A stretch of 64,000 bases of DNA, taken from Candidatus Pacearchaeota archaeon UBA73. GTDB lineage: Archaea; Nanobdellota; Nanobdellia; Pacearchaeales; GW2011-AR1. The first letter of the stretch is position 1, and the number at the start of each line of letters is the position of its first letter. Shown here in pieces: positions 60,906-64,000 of this stretch. The stretch covers positions 891 to 64,890 of the forward strand of contig DAIF01000014.1 in NCBI GenBank assembly GCA_002496015.1, in the 5' to 3' direction. The notes under the pieces were generated by a model that was not told the origin of the DNA, did not search any database, and worked only from the letters and a program-made list of their open reading frames with translations. Made by a program: the position numbers and the translations under genes.

Positions 60906-61668
60906 TTATCCCTTCTTAGCCCGCAAGATTATCCCGACGACAAAAAGCACAAGCCCCAAAACGAAAAGCGAAGTAACCCCGAAAGCCGAACCCACAACCG
61001 CGGCAGTCATAGTAAAACCGGAAAGTAACATTAAAACCGCCCCAACCGCCATAAGCAACCAAACCGCCGCGACTCTCGTCTCAAGCTCGCTCAGATGTTT
61101 TCTTGCATGCTTCACCATTCTTTCTTGTCTCTCCCCAACCCTTCCCCTAATAGTCTTATACTCGTGCTCATTAAGAATCCCCTCTTCATATGCGTCCTCT
61201 ATGACTCGCCCATACTTTCTGTCTAACTCCATCAGCTTAGACCCTGCCGCAACAAGATACGCTCCAATGCTCGGGTTCTTGCCTTCAGCCAACCGCTCCG
61301 CACTATACGCCAAAGTTGTACCTATAACATCCTCTGGAACACCATCCTCCTTCAGCTGATTATAAAACATCACTGCATTTCTTTCATGAAGTATCCGCAG
61401 CATCGGCTCCTTGGCTTCATCGGGCACCCTTGAAAGAGAATGCCTCACCACTTGCTTATAGCTGTGGGGGTCAACAGGTTCGACAACCCCCAACCTTTCC
61501 CTCTTTATCAACAGCTCGTTCATAATGCCCTCTCCTCCGGGGACTGTTGTCATACATCCCATTATCCTCAAGATCCTCCGAACTCGCGACCCTAAGATGA
61601 GGAACATCCTCACTTCCCGGACCACGACGTCCTCTTCTCGAGCCCGCACCTTCTTTTACACTAGGCAT
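60906..61668 (-). CDS. Hypothetical membrane protein (C-terminal TM pair); 5' part possibly frameshifted
   Basis: ORF 60906-61649; ATG at 61668 after a TATA-like box is in another frame. Confidence 0.55.
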
Positions 61669-61811
61669 AGCTTTAATAATCAAACCTCGTTTAAATATTT
61701 ATCCATAAAAAAGCTCTGTTGAAAAAATCGGAAATACGCAGCCCAATCTGGATGTGGTCGGGGCGCTGAAAAGTGGGGCGCAAAAAGATTTTAAGAGCCA
61801 ATAAAAAGAGC

Positions 61812-62465
61812 ATGATAATCATAAACTTCAAAAATTACGTTGCAGGGAAAAAATCCCTCGCTCTCGCAAAACTTATTGAAAAGCATTTCTCAAGGGCAAT
61901 CATCGCAGTTCCCGCGGTAGACATAAAAGAACTCCATGAAAAAACAAAACTCCGCATATTTGCCCAACACTTAGATGCAATTGACGGTCGCGCGACCGGC
62001 TTCCTCCTGCCTGAAACCGCAAGAGCTGTCGGAGCTTCCGGCACACTTCTAAACCATTCAGAACACCCACTGCCCTTCAGGATTCTAAAAACCGCGGTCT
62101 CAAGAACGCACAAAGCCGGACTAAAGATTGTAATCTGCGCACCTTCAATAAAAGAAGCAAAAAAACTCGCATCCCTCAAACCGGAAGCCATCGCATTTGA
62201 AGACCCAAAACTCATCGGCTCCGGCAAATCAATAACTGAATACCGCGCTGACGAAGTAAAAAAATTCGCCCAACTTTTCCGGCACTCAAAAATCGTCCCA
62301 CTATGCGGCGCAGGCATTAATAAAATTGAAGACGTCAAAGCTGCACACGACTTGGGCTGTCACGGCGTCTTGATCGCAAGCGCAATCGCCGCAGCTCCGC
62401 CAAAAAAAACAAAAGATTTTTTGAGAGAACTCGGGCTTTGTCCGGAGTCTGTTGGTTTTACCTAA
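61812..62465 (+). CDS. tpiA: Triosephosphate isomerase (archaeal type); C-terminus supplied by a MITE
   Basis: INFKNY, AQH, NHSE, AFE.P.LIGSG, CGAGI, GVLIAS. Confidence 0.94.
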   Translation: MIIINFKNYVAGKKSLALAKLIEKHFSRAIIAVPAVDIKELHEKTKLRIFAQHLDAIDGRATGFLLPETARAVGASGTLLNHSEHPLPFRILKTAVSRTHKAGLKIVICAPSIKEAKKLASLKPEAIAFEDPKLIGSGKSITEYRADEVKKFAQLFRHSKIVPLCGAGINKIEDVKAAHDLGCHGVLIASAIAAAPPKKTKDFLRELGLCPESVGFT

Positions 62466-62566
62466 ATTTGGGGCGGGATGATTGGGGTGGACAGGGTGGG
62501 ATTCGACGACAGTCGAAGTCTGTGGGAATCGTAAAATCAACCGAAAAATCAACTCCGGACAAAGCC
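62434..62566. mobile_element. MITE with perfect 15-bp TIR and perfect 8-bp TSD agaactcg
   Basis: ggctttgtccggagt...actccggacaaagcc; agaactcg at 62426-62433 and 62567-62574. Confidence 0.92.
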
Positions 62567-62609
62567 AGAACTCGCTAAAATATAAAAACCTTCCACTCCT
62601 TTCCAAACC

Positions 62610-63245
62610 ATGAAATTACGGGGCGATTTTAAGAAAGAGCTGGAAAGAAAACGTTTCAGAGTGAGCATCTTCGGTTCTGCAAGAATTAAAAAGAACGACA
62701 AGAACTACAAGTTAGTCCACGAACTCGCAAAAATGCTCGGCGCAAGAGGAATCGACGTAATCACGGGCGGCGGTCCAGGCATCATGGAAGCTGCAAACAC
62801 AGGCCATAATGCCGGCTCTCAAAAAACGCACGCAAAATCGTTCGGCCTCAACATTTATCTCCCGCACGAACAAAAACTCAACGAAGGCGTCCAAGTCGAA
62901 AAAAGATTCAGAAGATTCTCTCAACGGCTCGACAACTTCATGCTCCTTTCTAATGCTGTCGTAGTAGCAGAAGGCGGCGTCGGAACCCTCCTCGAACTTC
63001 TTTACACATGGCAGGTTCTCCAAGTAAAACACATCCAATACATTCCAATAATCCTCGTAGGTAAACAATGGGTCGGCTTGCTCGAATGGCTCCGCGACGA
63101 ACCCCTCCGGAGAGGCTACTTCGACAAACGCGACTTCCAGCTGCTCTTCCACGCCGAAAACCTTAAAGAAGTCCTAAAAATAATTGACGCCGCCCATGAC
63201 CAGTATAGATCAGGAAATGGCCACGATTTCGTGCTGAGATACTAA
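62610..63245 (+). CDS. LOG family nucleotide phosphoribohydrolase
   Basis: SIFGSAR, TGGGPGIMEAAN, GGVGT..EL. Confidence 0.9.
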   Translation: MKLRGDFKKELERKRFRVSIFGSARIKKNDKNYKLVHELAKMLGARGIDVITGGGPGIMEAANTGHNAGSQKTHAKSFGLNIYLPHEQKLNEGVQVEKRFRRFSQRLDNFMLLSNAVVVAEGGVGTLLELLYTWQVLQVKHIQYIPIILVGKQWVGLLEWLRDEPLRRGYFDKRDFQLLFHAENLKEVLKIIDAAHDQYRSGNGHDFVLRY

Positions 63246-63434
63246 TTATTTAAGTATGACTCTATTAAAATCGCCTGCAATTTTTGCAAAGGCATATAAC
63301 AATTTGCTCTGCACTTCGTCTCTGTCTGCCGGGCTGGCAGTTAGCCCCTGGCTAGCAGCTTCACCAATGACTCTCAAAGTTTGAACAGCATAATTACAAT
63401 AGCCCTCAAGTCCACCAACTGGCGCAAAAAAGGC

Positions 63435-63854
63435 CTATCTGACTTGATCATCCGCGAGTTCGTCCGGAAAAACTTCATTGGCCTTAGCCCTTACAGAATT
63501 TACTATACCCCTAAGAGTGCGAAAGGATTCGAGAAATGGCTCAACATACTCGTTGCGGACATCTTCGGGAAGGGTAAGGAAATACAACGCTTCGTCACCA
63601 ATATATCCCTCAAAAGCATTCCAAGCTGTCGAAAAAAACCGCCCCATAGACTCGCTAAGCATCTCGGGTGAAAAAGGATCCGTTCCGGAAACATCCACCA
63701 TCTCTAAATACTCTTCCAGGATTCCTGCTTCATCCAACCTCTCAGAAATCTTCTGCTTAAATTGAAAAGCTACCTCAGGTGTATAGTTTCTTCTAATCTG
63801 ATCAGCATACCATCTATCTAGTCTATTCAATGCATATTCTCTTGAAACTGCCAT
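63435..63854 (-). CDS. Hypothetical protein; frame stays open past TAG to 63246
   Basis: 139-aa ORF plus 62 further sense codons. Confidence 0.55.
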   Translation of the reverse strand: MAVSREYALNRLDRWYADQIRRNYTPEVAFQFKQKISERLDEAGILEEYLEMVDVSGTDPFSPEMLSESMGRFFSTAWNAFEGYIGDEALYFLTLPEDVRNEYVEPFLESFRTLRGIVNSVRAKANEVFPDELADDQVR

Positions 63855-63884
63855 AAAAATATCAAGGATGACAAGTTTTAAACC

Positions 63885-64000
63885 CTACGGCACAATCTCC
63901 GGCCCAAAATATTTCTCATACTCAAAATCCCTTTCACTAACCCTCCCGTCAGCAATCAACCCCTTAATCTCCGGCAACCTCGCTTTAAGCAGCTCAATCA
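63885..64000 (-). CDS. 3' end of a gene leaving the window (partial)
   Basis: Open frame ...EKYFGPEIVP*. Confidence 0.5.
   Translation of the reverse strand, partial: IELLKARLPEIKGLIADGRVSERDFEYEKYFGPEIVP

Noticed and set aside
186-63765. Numerous antisense or nested ORFs in the track
   Set aside because: They are shadows of well-supported genes in other frames
1-64000. CRISPR array, rRNA, reverse transcriptase or integrase
   Set aside because: I saw no regularly spaced repeats, rRNA-like stretch, or RT/recombinase motifs
1-64000. Genome-wide TAG recoding, suggested by two in-frame TAGs
   Set aside because: Conserved genes such as ogg and pyrH end at TAG at their expected C-termini

Overview
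Archaeal DNA, most consistent with a small-genome DPANN archaeon (Pacearchaeota/Woesearchaeota-like). This is inferred from archaeal-type PheS/PheT, GluRS, aIF5B, CDC48, Rpp30, archease/RtcB, class III-signal pilins and CCA-less tRNA genes. Housekeeping genes cover translation, nucleotide metabolism (pyrH, guaB, purA, a MazG-like pyrophosphatase, thyX, tmk) and lower glycolysis (nagB, fba, tpiA), plus four tRNAs (Gly, Ile, Ser, Pro). Four things stand out. (1) An AT-rich three-gene island (divergent HemA-like glutamyl-tRNA reductase, Pol-beta nucleotidyltransferase, nucleoside-phosphorylase-fold protein) lies between an intact gltX and a second, divergent gltX 3' end. (2) A dispersed family of IS1595-type MITEs has 8-bp target-site duplications; one copy splits a PIN toxin and one rewrites the TpiA C-terminus. 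(3) One gene carries a DGR-like variable region and hairpin, with no RT or TR visible in the window. (4) A ~24-kb block has reversed strand compositional skew. All calls come from reading motifs by eye; no searches were run.
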